From the NCBI GenBank assembly GCA_965230345.1, contig CBDDKR010000001.1:257079-321078 (forward strand): a DNA stretch of 64,000 nucleotides, given 5' to 3'. The position numbers were made by a program, and so were the translations under genes. Shown here one piece after another: positions 9,683 through 20,095 of this stretch. The notes beneath the pieces were generated by a model that saw only the letters and a program-made list of their open reading frames with translations, did no database searches and was not told the origin of the DNA. Numbering within the stretch: position 1 is the first letter of the stretch; the number at the start of each line of letters is the position of its first letter. The stretch is from Saprospiraceae bacterium (GTDB taxonomy: Bacteria > Bacteroidota > Bacteroidia > Chitinophagales > Saprospiraceae).

Positions 9683-10006
9683 ATCTCAGAATATTGGAAG
9701 CATTAAATTTAATAAAAGTTCTATACCTTATATGAGTTTAGGGTATAAATCGTTGCCAATCAATAGTCTTTGAGGGGACTATTACGTAAATTATGACAAA
9801 AATTGTGCTAGAATGCAAAATTAGACTTCAGATCTTAATTTTTATGTGATTCGTGTTGATTTGGAATAAGGACATATCCATTTAGTTATATAGTATTTTG
9901 ATCATTCGTATCGTGTTACGAATATAAAGCAGGGTTCAATCTCTATGAGGATTTTCGAAAACAGATTCACTGCATTGTATATCTTTGTGACCTAAAGTTT
10001 TTTAAT

Positions 10007-10720
10007 TTGAATCTTCCTCAAGTACAATATACAGAATTGAGCGGTGTGACTTACAAAGAAGCATGGGATATGCAGACAAAGTTGCATCAAGATATTGTGG
10101 GTCATAAGATGGCGATCCGAAAAGGAGAAGTTGCTGGTGATAAACCTTCAAATCAACTGATCTTTTGCGAACATAGTCATGTATACACATTGGGTAAAAG
10201 TGGGAGTGAAGATCATCTATTATTGCCTTCGGAAAGATTGAGCTCTGAGAAGATTGAATTTTTTAAGATTAATAGAGGGGGAGACATTACTTACCACGGC
10301 CCTGGACAGATTACTGGATATCCCATTGTTGACCTAGAGGAGTTTTTTACAGATGTCCATAAGTATGTCAGATATATTGAACAAATAATTATTAACACCA
10401 TTGATGAATTTGGTCTAGAAGGAATTCGAATGGAGAAACATACTGGTGTATGGTTGGCTCCAAATGAGAAATTTACACAATTTAGGAAGATATGTGCCAT
10501 TGGAGTTCATTTGTCTAGGTGGGTTACAATGCATGGATTTGCATTTAATGTGAATACAGATTTGAATTATTTTAAACATATTATTCCTTGCGGGATAGCA
10601 GATCAGGATAAAACAGTAACCTCCCTGCAACAAGAATTGGGAAAATCTGTTGATTTCATAGAAGTAAAAAATATACTCAAAAGAAATTTTGCAAAGCAGT
10701 TTAAATTTGAATACAAATAA
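10007..10720 (+). CDS. lipB: Lipoyl(octanoyl) transferase
   Basis: RGGDITYHGPGQITGYPI, KICAIGVH and HGFAFNV motifs. TTG start, because no upstream in-frame ATG precedes the conserved N-terminus. A TAtcTTTG motif lies at 9980-9987. Confidence 0.9.
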   Translation: MNLPQVQYTELSGVTYKEAWDMQTKLHQDIVGHKMAIRKGEVAGDKPSNQLIFCEHSHVYTLGKSGSEDHLLLPSERLSSEKIEFFKINRGGDITYHGPGQITGYPIVDLEEFFTDVHKYVRYIEQIIINTIDEFGLEGIRMEKHTGVWLAPNEKFTQFRKICAIGVHLSRWVTMHGFAFNVNTDLNYFKHIIPCGIADQDKTVTSLQQELGKSVDFIEVKNILKRNFAKQFKFEYK

Positions 10721-10721
10721 T

Positions 10722-11243
10722 ATGGCGGAAAAAGAAAAGTTAGTTGTTGAGTCTACAACTGTGATGACAGAAATGATTATGCCGAATGACACTAACCCAT
10801 TGGGGAATCTGATGGGTGGTATATTGATGAAGTGGATGGATATTGCTGCAGCTATTTGTGCAGCAAAGCATTGTGAATCCAATGTGGTAACGGCATCGGT
10901 AGATCACGTATCTTTTCAAGATGCTATTAAGTTAGGTGAAGTAATTACATTGACAGCTAATGTGACTAGGGCATGGAATACATCGGTAGAAATATTTGTT
11001 GAGGTAACAGCTAATAATATTACTGGTGCGGGAACAAGAAAATCCAATCATGCTTACCTTTCTTTTGTTGCTATTGATATGGAATCAAAACGTCCAAAAC
11101 CAGTTCCAAAAGTTAAAGCGGTTACTACGGACCAATTGACAAGATATGAATCGGCTAATCGAAGAAGAGAGATTCGTCTAATTCAAAGTGGTAGGATAAA
11201 ACCTTCTGAGGCGCATGAAGTAAGAGAGTTCCTTAGCCAATAA
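10722..11243 (+). CDS. Acyl-CoA thioesterase (hotdog fold, YciA-like)
   Basis: MPNDTNPLGNLMGGILMKWMD..A and TASVDHVSF motifs. The ATG at 10722 directly follows the lipB stop. Confidence 0.8.
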   Translation: MAEKEKLVVESTTVMTEMIMPNDTNPLGNLMGGILMKWMDIAAAICAAKHCESNVVTASVDHVSFQDAIKLGEVITLTANVTRAWNTSVEIFVEVTANNITGAGTRKSNHAYLSFVAIDMESKRPKPVPKVKAVTTDQLTRYESANRRREIRLIQSGRIKPSEAHEVREFLSQ

Positions 11244-11402
11244 TATCACCTAGCATAATTATTGCTATTTTTTTGTTAAAATTGGAGAAGTACAAAATGT
11301 ACTGAGAAAAACTGAGGTTATTCTATATGTAGAAATTGATCTTGTTTGTCACAGAGATTCTAATAAATTTCGAAGTGATAATACCAATATAAAAAAATAA
11401 AT

Positions 11403-12281
11403 ATGAAAGCATTTCTGGTGTTAATAGCTACTTTATCAATGACAGTCAGTTCTTTTAGTCAGAATGATTTGGCTTTTTACTGTGATGTTATGAATAATGC
11501 GTATGAGGCTGAACATCGTAATAGAGGTTTGGATAAATTTAATCAGTTATTCAAGGAAGCTTTGGAAGGAGAGGAAAGCTTTAATCGATCATTTGAAGAT
11601 TTAAAATGGGTATCCATTAAATACCCCTCTGATAAATCATTTAGAATTATTACATGGCAGGCAAAAGGAGGAAATGAGGATTACTCCTATTTTGGATGTA
11701 TTCAGATGCCTAATGGGAAGTTGCACTGGCTGACAGATAAATCGGATATGATGACCGATGCTCAATTCGAACAACACGATCCGTCTTATTGGTTTGGAGC
11801 GTTGTATTATAATATTATTGAGAGAGAGATTAACAAGAAGCCATCTTATTATTTATTCGGCTACAATGGTGCTCAACGTGATGTGCAAATTAAGGTGATA
11901 GAAGAACTACATTTTGAAAATGATATGCCTGTCTTTGGGCAAGAGTCTTTTATTCATAACAACGATGATTCGAGAGATGATCAATTGCATAGGGTCATAA
12001 TTGATTACTCTGATGAAGCAAATGTTAATAGCAATTTTAATCAAGGCATGAAAATGATTGTGCATGATTATGTTACACCAAGATTTGGAGTGTCTAAAAC
12101 CGGTAGACCAGTTAAAATTCCAGATGGAACTTATGTGGGTTATGAGTGGAAGGAAAATCAGTGGGTTAGGGTAGAGCAAATAAAACACCAAATTTCTTCG
12201 CCTGAATCTATCTATTATCAACCCAAAAAAGAAGACAATAAAGATCTTTTTGGCAAGCCTAGAAAGACTAAGAAGAATTAA
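11403..12281 (+). CDS. Hypothetical secreted protein
   Basis: Clear signal peptide (MKAFLVLIATLSMTVSSFSQ) on a long uninterrupted ORF. I recognise no family. Confidence 0.55.
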   Translation: MKAFLVLIATLSMTVSSFSQNDLAFYCDVMNNAYEAEHRNRGLDKFNQLFKEALEGEESFNRSFEDLKWVSIKYPSDKSFRIITWQAKGGNEDYSYFGCIQMPNGKLHWLTDKSDMMTDAQFEQHDPSYWFGALYYNIIEREINKKPSYYLFGYNGAQRDVQIKVIEELHFENDMPVFGQESFIHNNDDSRDDQLHRVIIDYSDEANVNSNFNQGMKMIVHDYVTPRFGVSKTGRPVKIPDGTYVGYEWKENQWVRVEQIKHQISSPESIYYQPKKEDNKDLFGKPRKTKKN

Positions 12282-12378
12282 TACAAAAGCAATAATGTCG
12301 TCTTAACGTATTAAAATCGTATTGGATTAGATTAAGATTATAAAAATATTAATTTTGCCCGTCTAACTGAAGATAAAT

Positions 12379-13374
12379 ATGGGAATTATAAATAAAATAT
12401 TGTCGCTGTTGTTAATCGTTATTTTGGGCGTTTCTTGTTCAAATGATTTCGATATTATAGAAGGGAAAGTAGATGTACCAGTTGTGTATGCGATTTTAAG
12501 TGCACAGGACACTGCGCACTACGTGAGATTGGAAAAAGCTTTTGTCGATCCAGATATTCCTGCTTCTGAGTTGGCACAAGATCCTAATCAACTCTATTAT
12601 GATGAAGCAACGGTTATGCTATTAAAGGAAGTTGCTAATGGGAATGAAGTGAAGTACGATACTTTTACTCTTCGCAAAGTAGATGGTAATAAAGAAGGAT
12701 ACGTTCGTGATTCTGGAGCGTTTGCTCAAGCTCCGAACTATTTATATAAGATTCATAATGACGAAATTCAATTAGAAGAGGAGAAGGAATATGTGTTGTT
12801 AATAAACGTTCCTGGTCAAGAGGAAATACGAGCTACAACAACAATAGTAGAACGGAATTTCTTTTCTTCTCCAAATATCTCGTCACAATTAGCAATTCCT
12901 GCGAACAGAAATATTAAGTTTTCATGGAAAAATGGAAATTTCTCCGTGTTAACTAGTGGATATATGGATATTAAATATCAGGAAGTAGCTAATGGTGAAA
13001 TTGAGGAAAAGGTAATCAGATGGAATTTGTTCGAAAACATTGAACAATCAATATTTGATTTTAAGAGTAACGAATTTTATAACTTCTTAGGAAGCAATAT
13101 TGATGTGGATCCTGATGTTACCAGATATATGATAGGCGTAGATTATGTTTTGATCTCTGGAGGAATTGAAATTAAGGATTATTTGAGAGTTGCACAAGCT
13201 AACCTAGGAATTACTTCAAGTGGAGATATCCCTAATTATTCTAATTTGTCAAGAGGAAGAGGAATCTTTACTTCAAGAGGAACTTCAAAAGCAGAGAACC
13301 TTATCTTTAATGGAAGTACAATTACTGATATCGTCACAAATGATTTGACTAAAGATCTGAACTTTAAATTCTAA
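12379..13374 (+). CDS. Hypothetical lipoprotein
   Basis: Lipoprotein-type signal (LLLIVILGVSC SN). The stop lies 3 nt before the hldD start. No family recognised with confidence. Confidence 0.55.
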   Translation: MGIINKILSLLLIVILGVSCSNDFDIIEGKVDVPVVYAILSAQDTAHYVRLEKAFVDPDIPASELAQDPNQLYYDEATVMLLKEVANGNEVKYDTFTLRKVDGNKEGYVRDSGAFAQAPNYLYKIHNDEIQLEEEKEYVLLINVPGQEEIRATTTIVERNFFSSPNISSQLAIPANRNIKFSWKNGNFSVLTSGYMDIKYQEVANGEIEEKVIRWNLFENIEQSIFDFKSNEFYNFLGSNIDVDPDVTRYMIGVDYVLISGGIEIKDYLRVAQANLGITSSGDIPNYSNLSRGRGIFTSRGTSKAENLIFNGSTITDIVTNDLTKDLNFKF

Positions 13375-13377
13375 AAA

Positions 13378-14376
13378 TTGAATCGAGTTCAACTAAATTC
13401 TACTGGAGTAAAAGCAGTAGTTACAGGAGCCCTTGGTTTTATTGGTTGTAATTTGGTTGAAACCCTTCTGTATAGATATCCTAATATTCAGATAATGGGG
13501 GTTGATGATCTTTCTGGTAGGAAGATTAAAAACAAATTAAGCGAATCTGAGAAGGTTAATTACTTGGATAGAACAGACTTTATAGAGTCCATCAATAATA
13601 ATGAAAATTTAAATGTTGATGTAATTTTTCATTTAGGAGCAAGGACGGATACTAGTGAAAAGGATACGAAGGTGTTTGATGCATTGAATGTGAGTTACTC
13701 AAAATCCTTATTTAAGTATTGTGCCAGCCTCAATATACCTTTTTTGTACGCTTCAAGTGCTGCGGTATATGGTAATGGAAAACAAGGGTTTAGTGATGAT
13801 CATTCAAAAATGGATATGTATAGCGCACTGAACCCTTATGGCAAAAGTAAATTGGATATAGATCAATGGATAATTGATCAAAACAGTTCTCCAGTTCAAT
13901 GGAATGGATTTCGTTTTTTTAATGTTTATGGTCCCTTAGAGTATCATAAAAGTAGAATGGCTTCAGTGGTTTTTCACGCTTTCAATCAGATTAAGAAAAC
14001 AGGAGAAATGAAATTGTTTCGTTCTCATCGTTCAGATTTTAAGGATGGTCAACAAAGCAGAGATTTTATCTATGTAAAAGATGTTGTAAATACATTGATA
14101 CGAGCTTGGGTGGAAAAGTTGCCGTCGGGAGTATATAATCTCGGTACAGGTAAATCAAGAACATTTTATGACTTAGTGAAAGGTGTATTCAAAGCGTTAG
14201 AATTACCTGTCAAAATTAAGTATATTGATATACCAGAAGATATTAGATCATCTTATCAATATTTTACTGAGGCACCTATGGAAAAGCTATCAAATCATCA
14301 AAAAGATATTATTTTTACATCATTAGAAGATGGCATTGAAGATTATGTACGATGTCATTTAAATATAGATCTTTAA
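13378..14376 (+). CDS. hldD: ADP-L-glycero-D-manno-heptose 6-epimerase
   Basis: VVTGALGFIGCN Rossmann motif, IPFLYASSAAVYG, YGKSK, FRFFNVYGP.E.HK.RMASVVFH, RDFIYVKDV and NLGTGKSRTF. These are colinear with E. coli HldD as I recall it. Confidence 0.85.
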   Translation: MNRVQLNSTGVKAVVTGALGFIGCNLVETLLYRYPNIQIMGVDDLSGRKIKNKLSESEKVNYLDRTDFIESINNNENLNVDVIFHLGARTDTSEKDTKVFDALNVSYSKSLFKYCASLNIPFLYASSAAVYGNGKQGFSDDHSKMDMYSALNPYGKSKLDIDQWIIDQNSSPVQWNGFRFFNVYGPLEYHKSRMASVVFHAFNQIKKTGEMKLFRSHRSDFKDGQQSRDFIYVKDVVNTLIRAWVEKLPSGVYNLGTGKSRTFYDLVKGVFKALELPVKIKYIDIPEDIRSSYQYFTEAPMEKLSNHQKDIIFTSLEDGIEDYVRCHLNIDL

Positions 14377-14437
14377 AGATTTATTTATAAAATTAGTAAC
14401 AATCATCCTTTCAGGGGTGAGGTTTAAATGGTTTGAA

Positions 14438-15289
14438 ATGAGTAAGAGAATAATAGATCCAAAGGAAACGCCAACTAAAGATTTACATCAATATCTGATC
14501 GGCTCTGTTTCTCCACGTCCTATAGCGTTGGTTTCGACTAAGGATAAAGACGGAAATGATAATCTTGCGCCATATAGTTTTTTTAATGCTTTTAGCTCTA
14601 ATCCTCCAATTTTAGTCTTTTCATCCAATAGAAGAGTTCGAGACAATACAACTAAGGACACTTTACAAAATGTAATTGATACTAAGGAAGTTGTTGTCAA
14701 TATGGTTAATCACGATATTGTACAACAAATGGCTATTTCTTCAGTGGAATATCCGTCAGAGGTAAGTGAGTTTGAAAAAGCTGGATTAACGCCAGTAAAA
14801 AGTAATTGCATAGACGTAAATAGAGTAGAAGAGGCTCCTGTAAACATGGAATGCAAGGTTAAAGAGATCATTACTCTTGGAGATCATGGAGGAGCGGGAC
14901 ATTTAATCATTTGTGAGGTGGTATTAATGCACATCAATGAAGACGTATTAGACGGTAATCGAATTGATCCTCATAAAATAGACCTAATGGGAAGAATGGG
15001 GAGAAGCTTTTATGTTCGTGCTAGTGGAGATGCGGTAGAAACGCTTTATCAAAGTGTCGTTGATATACCAGTTGGATATGATGGCTTGCCGAAACATATT
15101 TTGACTTCTGAAGTTTTAACGGCAATGGAAGTGGCAAAACTTGCAGGTGCTGTTCTATCTGAAACTAATCATGAATTAGTAGAAACAAATTCGACAGAAG
15201 AGTTACACCTTAAGATTCAGTCGTTAATTGCAGATGATTTAGTCTCAGATGCTTTAGGACTTGCAATGGCGTATGACGACAGAAAATAA
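14438..15289 (+). CDS. Flavin reductase-like (FMN-binding split-barrel) domain protein
   Basis: PRPIALVSTKDKDGNDNLAPYSFFNAFSSNPPILVFS is typical of the flavin reductase-like domain. The start is taken at the ATG at 14438. Confidence 0.75.
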   Translation: MSKRIIDPKETPTKDLHQYLIGSVSPRPIALVSTKDKDGNDNLAPYSFFNAFSSNPPILVFSSNRRVRDNTTKDTLQNVIDTKEVVVNMVNHDIVQQMAISSVEYPSEVSEFEKAGLTPVKSNCIDVNRVEEAPVNMECKVKEIITLGDHGGAGHLIICEVVLMHINEDVLDGNRIDPHKIDLMGRMGRSFYVRASGDAVETLYQSVVDIPVGYDGLPKHILTSEVLTAMEVAKLAGAVLSETNHELVETNSTEELHLKIQSLIADDLVSDALGLAMAYDDRK

Positions 15290-15977
15290 GCCTATATATA
15301 TATTGTGTATTGAAACGAGTACTAACGTTTGTTCTGTTGCTCTCTCTCGTAATGGTGAAGTGCTTACGTTACAAGAAACGAATGAGTTCAAAAGCCATTC
15401 CGAGAAGATTACAATCTTTATTCAAGAATGTTTGGATGAGGCTGGAATCGGTTTTTCAGATATAAGTGCTATTGCTATAAGCAAAGGTCCTGGGTCCTAT
15501 ACAGGGTTGAGGATTGGTGCAAGCACGGCAAAAGGGTTATGCATGGCTTTGGATATCCCATTAATTGCAATTGGTAGTTTGGATGTGTTACGTGATGGCG
15601 TAAAAGAGGAATTAGATGAACAAGATGCAATATTAACAGCTATTGACGCTCGTCGATCCGAGATTTATGGAAAATTGTTTTTGAAAGAAGACATCCTTAT
15701 TGAAACCAGTGCAATTATTCTAAATGAAGAGAATATTTTGCAGTCAAAGATTGATGAATGTTCTGAGGTCTATGTAATTGGTAATGGAAGTGAAAAGTGT
15801 ATTGAACTGTTAAAGGGCAATCTTATAGAGGTTAATTCCAAAACATCTGCATCATATATGTGTGCTCTTTCCCATCATTACTTCTTGGAAAAACAATTTG
15901 AAGATTTGGTTTCTTTCAGCCCCTTTTATCTTAAAAACCCGAATATCACAAAACGTAGTAAAAAGCTCTTGTTCTAA
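15273..15977 (+). CDS. tsaB: tRNA t6A37 biosynthesis protein TsaB
   Basis: ILCIETSTNVCSVAL and GPGSYTGLRIGASTAKGL motifs. The start is taken at the ATG at 15273. Confidence 0.85.
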   Translation: MTTENKPIYILCIETSTNVCSVALSRNGEVLTLQETNEFKSHSEKITIFIQECLDEAGIGFSDISAIAISKGPGSYTGLRIGASTAKGLCMALDIPLIAIGSLDVLRDGVKEELDEQDAILTAIDARRSEIYGKLFLKEDILIETSAIILNEENILQSKIDECSEVYVIGNGSEKCIELLKGNLIEVNSKTSASYMCALSHHYFLEKQFEDLVSFSPFYLKNPNITKRSKKLLF

Positions 15978-16472
15978 CTCAATTCTCTTTCTTTTATTGT
16001 TAATGTACCCTTTTGTTTGATCAATAGGAGAGTTCACAAGTAAAGTTGATTTTTAATGGTTTTGCGACATCTTGAACTTTTGTTCTGTATATCATAATAT
16101 ATCTTCGTTGGTGTTGAAATGTAGATTTAAGGATGGTGATTTCGGTTGTGAACACATTGTCTTATTTTTCCGTAATTAATTGATTTTTAGGTTTTAAGGT
16201 GGATTTGATAGGGTTATCTGTAAGTTGATATACTCTTACATCATAAATAATAAAAAAGATTAATATTTATTTTATTCATTTATTTCAAAGTATGTAAAAC
16301 CTAGAACTTTTATTCTTGATTATCTGTTGGTTATATATATACAAATGCTCTTAGAAGTAATATGCTTGTTTATGAATTTATTACAAATTACAATTTAATC
16401 TCTTGGTTTGGCATGGAGTTTGCCTCTAATTAATTGTTCCAAAAATTTATAAACATAATTAATTTGTTTTCG

Positions 16473-16811
16473 ATGAGAAATAAGAAGAATGAAGTTGTAA
16501 CACTGAAGAAAGGCGGAAAATCTATTGAGCTGGATTATGCTGATCTCAGAAAAGCTGTTCTTGTATTAAGAGCTGTAAACCACAAACTTCGCCAAAGAAT
16601 TATTGACTTGTTGGATGATGAAGATCCGATGACTGTAACGGATATTTATATTAAGTTAAGATTAGAGCAGTCTGTAGCATCTCAGCATTTGGCTATTTTA
16701 AGAAGGGCAGGAGTGGTAATTACTGAACGTCAAGGGAAATTCATTTACTATTCAATAAACAAAGACCGTATCGAACAAATTTCTACTTTGGTTGAGGATC
16801 TTGCTGGTTAA
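16473..16811 (+). CDS. ArsR/SmtB-family winged-HTH transcriptional regulator (paralog 1)
   Basis: LRAVNHKLRQRIIDLL...VTDIYIKLRLEQSVASQHLAILRRAGVV...GKFIYYSI. The start is probably the ATG at 16473 (MRNKK). Confidence 0.75.
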   Translation: MRNKKNEVVTLKKGGKSIELDYADLRKAVLVLRAVNHKLRQRIIDLLDDEDPMTVTDIYIKLRLEQSVASQHLAILRRAGVVITERQGKFIYYSINKDRIEQISTLVEDLAG

Positions 16812-16984
16812 GATCGTTTACAAATATTTGGTGCAGATTGATAAATCGAGAATGCTTTAATAAGTATTTGATTTTCAGTCACTATAATATTCGAATAAAA
16901 AATAAATTATAAAAATTTGTAATATTTTTTTGAAGAATTTAAATTATTTTCCATCTTTGTCCCAAGGTCAAATAAGAAAGGGAA

Positions 16985-17296
16985 ATGAACAACACCAAAG
17001 TCGTCTTAAGTGGTGAAAAACTGCAATATGCTTGTGAGTTAATGAGAGCATTAGCTCATCCACTTCGTTTGAAGATATTAAAGTTTATTGATGAAAACGG
17101 AGGAGATAACGTAAATTCTATTTACGGGTCATTAGGAATTGAACAATCTGTTACATCACAGCATTTGAAAATTCTTCGTTTGGCTGGAGTATTATCTTCA
17201 GAAAAAAACGGAAAATTTATTAAATATACGATAGATTATGATGTCGTAAGAAAGGCCGAATTTGGTGTCAACCGCTATATGGCTACTGCGGTTTAG
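16985..17296 (+). CDS. ArsR/SmtB-family winged-HTH transcriptional regulator (paralog 2)
   Basis: MRALAHPLRLKILKFI...SIYGSLGIEQSVTSQHLKILRLAGVL...GKFIKYTI. It is colinear with the upstream paralog. Confidence 0.75.
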   Translation: MNNTKVVLSGEKLQYACELMRALAHPLRLKILKFIDENGGDNVNSIYGSLGIEQSVTSQHLKILRLAGVLSSEKNGKFIKYTIDYDVVRKAEFGVNRYMATAV

Positions 17297-17322
17297 AAAA
17301 CGAAAATTCCATGAAATTATAT

Positions 17323-17357
17323 AAAGCTTAATCCATTTGGGTTAAGCTTTTTTTATT
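17323..17357 (+). terminator. Intrinsic terminator between convergent genes
   Basis: aaagcttaatcc (17323-17334) pairs with gggttaagcttt (17339-17350, one G-U). A T-run follows. Confidence 0.6.
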
Positions 17358-17401
17358 CAAAAATAGGAGAATGTAAATTATGTGTGTTGTTTTTAGACTT
17401 G

Positions 17402-18346
17402 TTAATCTACACGATCATTTTTATTTTTAGCTAGCAGCTGTTTTAACTCTTTGATAGAAATGGGGTAGGTTCTGTTTTTGGTGACGACGTATCTACTTGA
17501 TTCATTAGCAATTTTTACAGCATCAATTAAAGTGCTACCATTGTATAAAGCATATATTATAGACGCGATTGCAGTGTCTCCTGCTCCTGTCACATCGAAG
17601 ACATCTATTGGGTCAATGGGGTGGTGTGAAATGCTGTCGGAGTTCATAAGACTCATCCCTTTTTGAGATCTGGTAATTAATAGGTGCTCAGTAATTGAAT
17701 GAAATGGTTTGAATGAAATGGATTCGATTGCGCTATCCGTGTTTTCTATTTTTCTTTGAGTGTAATCCGAAATCTCTTTTAAGTTAGGTTTAATCAAATA
17801 TGCTCCAGTATATTTTTCCCAATCATTGCCTTTTGGGTCTACGAGGAATTGAGCTTTCCTTTGTAATGCAAAAGATTTAATGACTTCCATTGTATCAGAT
17901 GAAATGGAGCCTTTGTTGTAGTCTGAAATAATGATCCATTCAGGATTAACTTTGTTTAAGGTTTCTTCTAGTGTTTTTAAAAAAAACTTTGAGGGTGAAT
18001 ATGGTTTTTCGTGATCTATTCGTAATAGTTGTTGTCCTCTAGCAATAATCCGAGATTTTGTAGTTGTAGTGTGATGATCTTCGATTAATTTATGCTCAAT
18101 TTTCTTATCCGTCAAAAGTTGTTTGATGTGTTGTCCATTGATGTCTTGAGCAATAGCACCGAATAAAACGACTGGAATATTCAAATGGTGCAAATTGTTC
18201 GCAACATTGGCGGCACCACCGAGAATATAAGATTCGTTGGAAGCTAGGATTACTGGAACTGGTGCTTCGGGGGAAATTCGATCACAGTTCCCTTCAATAT
18301 AGGTATCCAACATGATGTCGCCAATTACTAATACAGGTTTGCTCAT
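17402..18346 (-). CDS. hldE: D-glycero-beta-D-manno-heptose-7-phosphate kinase (RfaE/HldE domain I only, PfkB family)
   Basis: VLVIGDIMLDTYIEGNCDRISPEAPVPV, LGGAANVANNL and DVTGAGDT motifs. At 314 aa there is no fused adenylyltransferase domain. Confidence 0.8.
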   Translation of the reverse strand: MSKPVLVIGDIMLDTYIEGNCDRISPEAPVPVILASNESYILGGAANVANNLHHLNIPVVLFGAIAQDINGQHIKQLLTDKKIEHKLIEDHHTTTTKSRIIARGQQLLRIDHEKPYSPSKFFLKTLEETLNKVNPEWIIISDYNKGSISSDTMEVIKSFALQRKAQFLVDPKGNDWEKYTGAYLIKPNLKEISDYTQRKIENTDSAIESISFKPFHSITEHLLITRSQKGMSLMNSDSISHHPIDPIDVFDVTGAGDTAIASIIYALYNGSTLIDAVKIANESSRYVVTKNRTYPISIKELKQLLAKNKNDRVD

Positions 18347-18349
18347 AGT

Positions 18350-20095
18350 CTAAAAGATAGGTGATTGGTGTTGAATATTGTACGACATGCCGAGAAGAAC
18401 TCCATAGGAGTTTTTGGTAGACGTGGACGATTGATTTCTATAGTAACATTCGCCATAGATAGCAATATTTGGCCATAAATAGTATTTGCCTGAGAGCTGC
18501 AAAAAGTTTGTACTTACATTTTGACCTTGAAGTATATCGACATCATATGTTGAAGACTTAAGGGCAGTATTTAAAAGGATGTTACCACCATAACTAATAC
18601 CGTTGTCTATATCTTCTCCTTTCTCAAATCTAACATATCTTAATTGTAAATAAAGGCTCTTTAGAGGATTCCAGTCAATTGAGATAAGCTGTTCCTTAAA
18701 GTTTGCTCCTAAAGGGTGGGCCAGTGCCTGATTGTGGTGACTGTAACTCGTAATTGATCTTTCAGGATAACCCTCAATAGGTCTGGACTGTGCATAGGTA
18801 TAAGGTCTTACCCAATTGTATTCTGCTCCTATATCAAGTCCTTTGACATTGAATGCATTGTAATATTTCGAACCAATTTGCCACCCAAATTTATTGCCCC
18901 ACCAGTTATTACTTAATTCATTGAGCTTAAATTCATCAATTACAACTTGCCCATATACCTTGGCTGTTCTAAATATATTTACACTGGCATTCATTCCTAA
19001 GAGTGCATTGTCAGGGCTACCTATACTTTGTTCAATCGAGCGATATAAGATGACGGGATTAAGGTATTGAAACTCGAAATGATTCTCCCTTGAAAATATG
19101 ACTGATTCAAAAAGTCCTAGTTCGACATTCTTCCATGGTTTATATGCTAAGTAATGTGTTGCCATGTACTTCTTAGGTAGCAAGACATCTCCTGTTTGAT
19201 CTGCCTCGCTGACCGCAGCTAGTTCTGCAAATATGTTTTGATAATGAAATTTCCAAATTTTAGTATTAAGTTTCAGGTAAAAGTAATTGGTTGAAAAATC
19301 TGACAGAAGAAGTGATCTTTGACCATTGCCGATAAAGTTTCTTCCATGGCCTAAATCCAGAGATACGCTCTTAGAAATATTGAATCCAACATAGCCAGAT
19401 GCGTTCAAGTAATCTTTTCCAGATAGATTTAGAATACTACTATCATATTCTTTATATAATGCATTTCCTGGAATGGCATTGTTGTTATTTATATATGCTT
19501 GAACAAAAGAGGGAAATGCAGATTGGGTCTCTAAAATCTCTGAGAAAAAATATACTTTGTTGTCAATATATCCAGATATTCTCAACCCTCTCTGATTGTG
19601 AAATAAGGTGTTATCTCCTCGATTTTGATATCCATAATGAAAATCAATGAGAGGGTCGACCATTACTGTAAATTGATCAGAGTTAAATGTATAAAAATGA
19701 TGAGGTGAGGTGTGGAAATACTTCAGAATAGGCTTCCTGAAAATCCAGGTTGAGTCAGTCTGTAAGGTGTATTCATGAAATCCATCTCGATGCTCGAAGT
19801 TCGATTGAATCGGAGTTCTTTTTACAAAGTAATTGTATTGATTGAGTGCATATAGGGCATCTGTATGCTCAACACCAGTAAGGTTTTGTTTTAAAAAAAT
19901 GAGTGAATCCACTAAACTTTTGGAATTGCGAAATCTAATAGAAGAAAACACATCATTAACTTTGTTTGAAACATCCAACCATTCAATGAGCCTCTGCGTT
20001 CTGTGATCGTTTTGAACAGTAATTCCTTGGCCCAAACATGTTGAAATAATCGATAGACTTATTACTATGTGAAAAATATGTTTTAAAAATTTCAT
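18350..20095 (-). CDS. Outer-membrane beta-barrel protein, Wzi/RemB-like
   Basis: Signal peptide, alternating beta-strand pattern and a terminal aromatic residue (SPIF). GNGQRSLLLSDFSTNYFYLKL resembles the capsule-assembly Wzi / gliding RemB family as I remember it. The assignment is tentative. Confidence 0.45.
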   Translation of the reverse strand: MKFLKHIFHIVISLSIISTCLGQGITVQNDHRTQRLIEWLDVSNKVNDVFSSIRFRNSKSLVDSLIFLKQNLTGVEHTDALYALNQYNYFVKRTPIQSNFEHRDGFHEYTLQTDSTWIFRKPILKYFHTSPHHFYTFNSDQFTVMVDPLIDFHYGYQNRGDNTLFHNQRGLRISGYIDNKVYFFSEILETQSAFPSFVQAYINNNNAIPGNALYKEYDSSILNLSGKDYLNASGYVGFNISKSVSLDLGHGRNFIGNGQRSLLLSDFSTNYFYLKLNTKIWKFHYQNIFAELAAVSEADQTGDVLLPKKYMATHYLAYKPWKNVELGLFESVIFSRENHFEFQYLNPVILYRSIEQSIGSPDNALLGMNASVNIFRTAKVYGQVVIDEFKLNELSNNWWGNKFGWQIGSKYYNAFNVKGLDIGAEYNWVRPYTYAQSRPIEGYPERSITSYSHHNQALAHPLGANFKEQLISIDWNPLKSLYLQLRYVRFEKGEDIDNGISYGGNILLNTALKSSTYDVDILQGQNVSTNFLQLSGKYYLWPNIAIYGECYYRNQSSTSTKNSYGVLLGMSYNIQHQSPIF

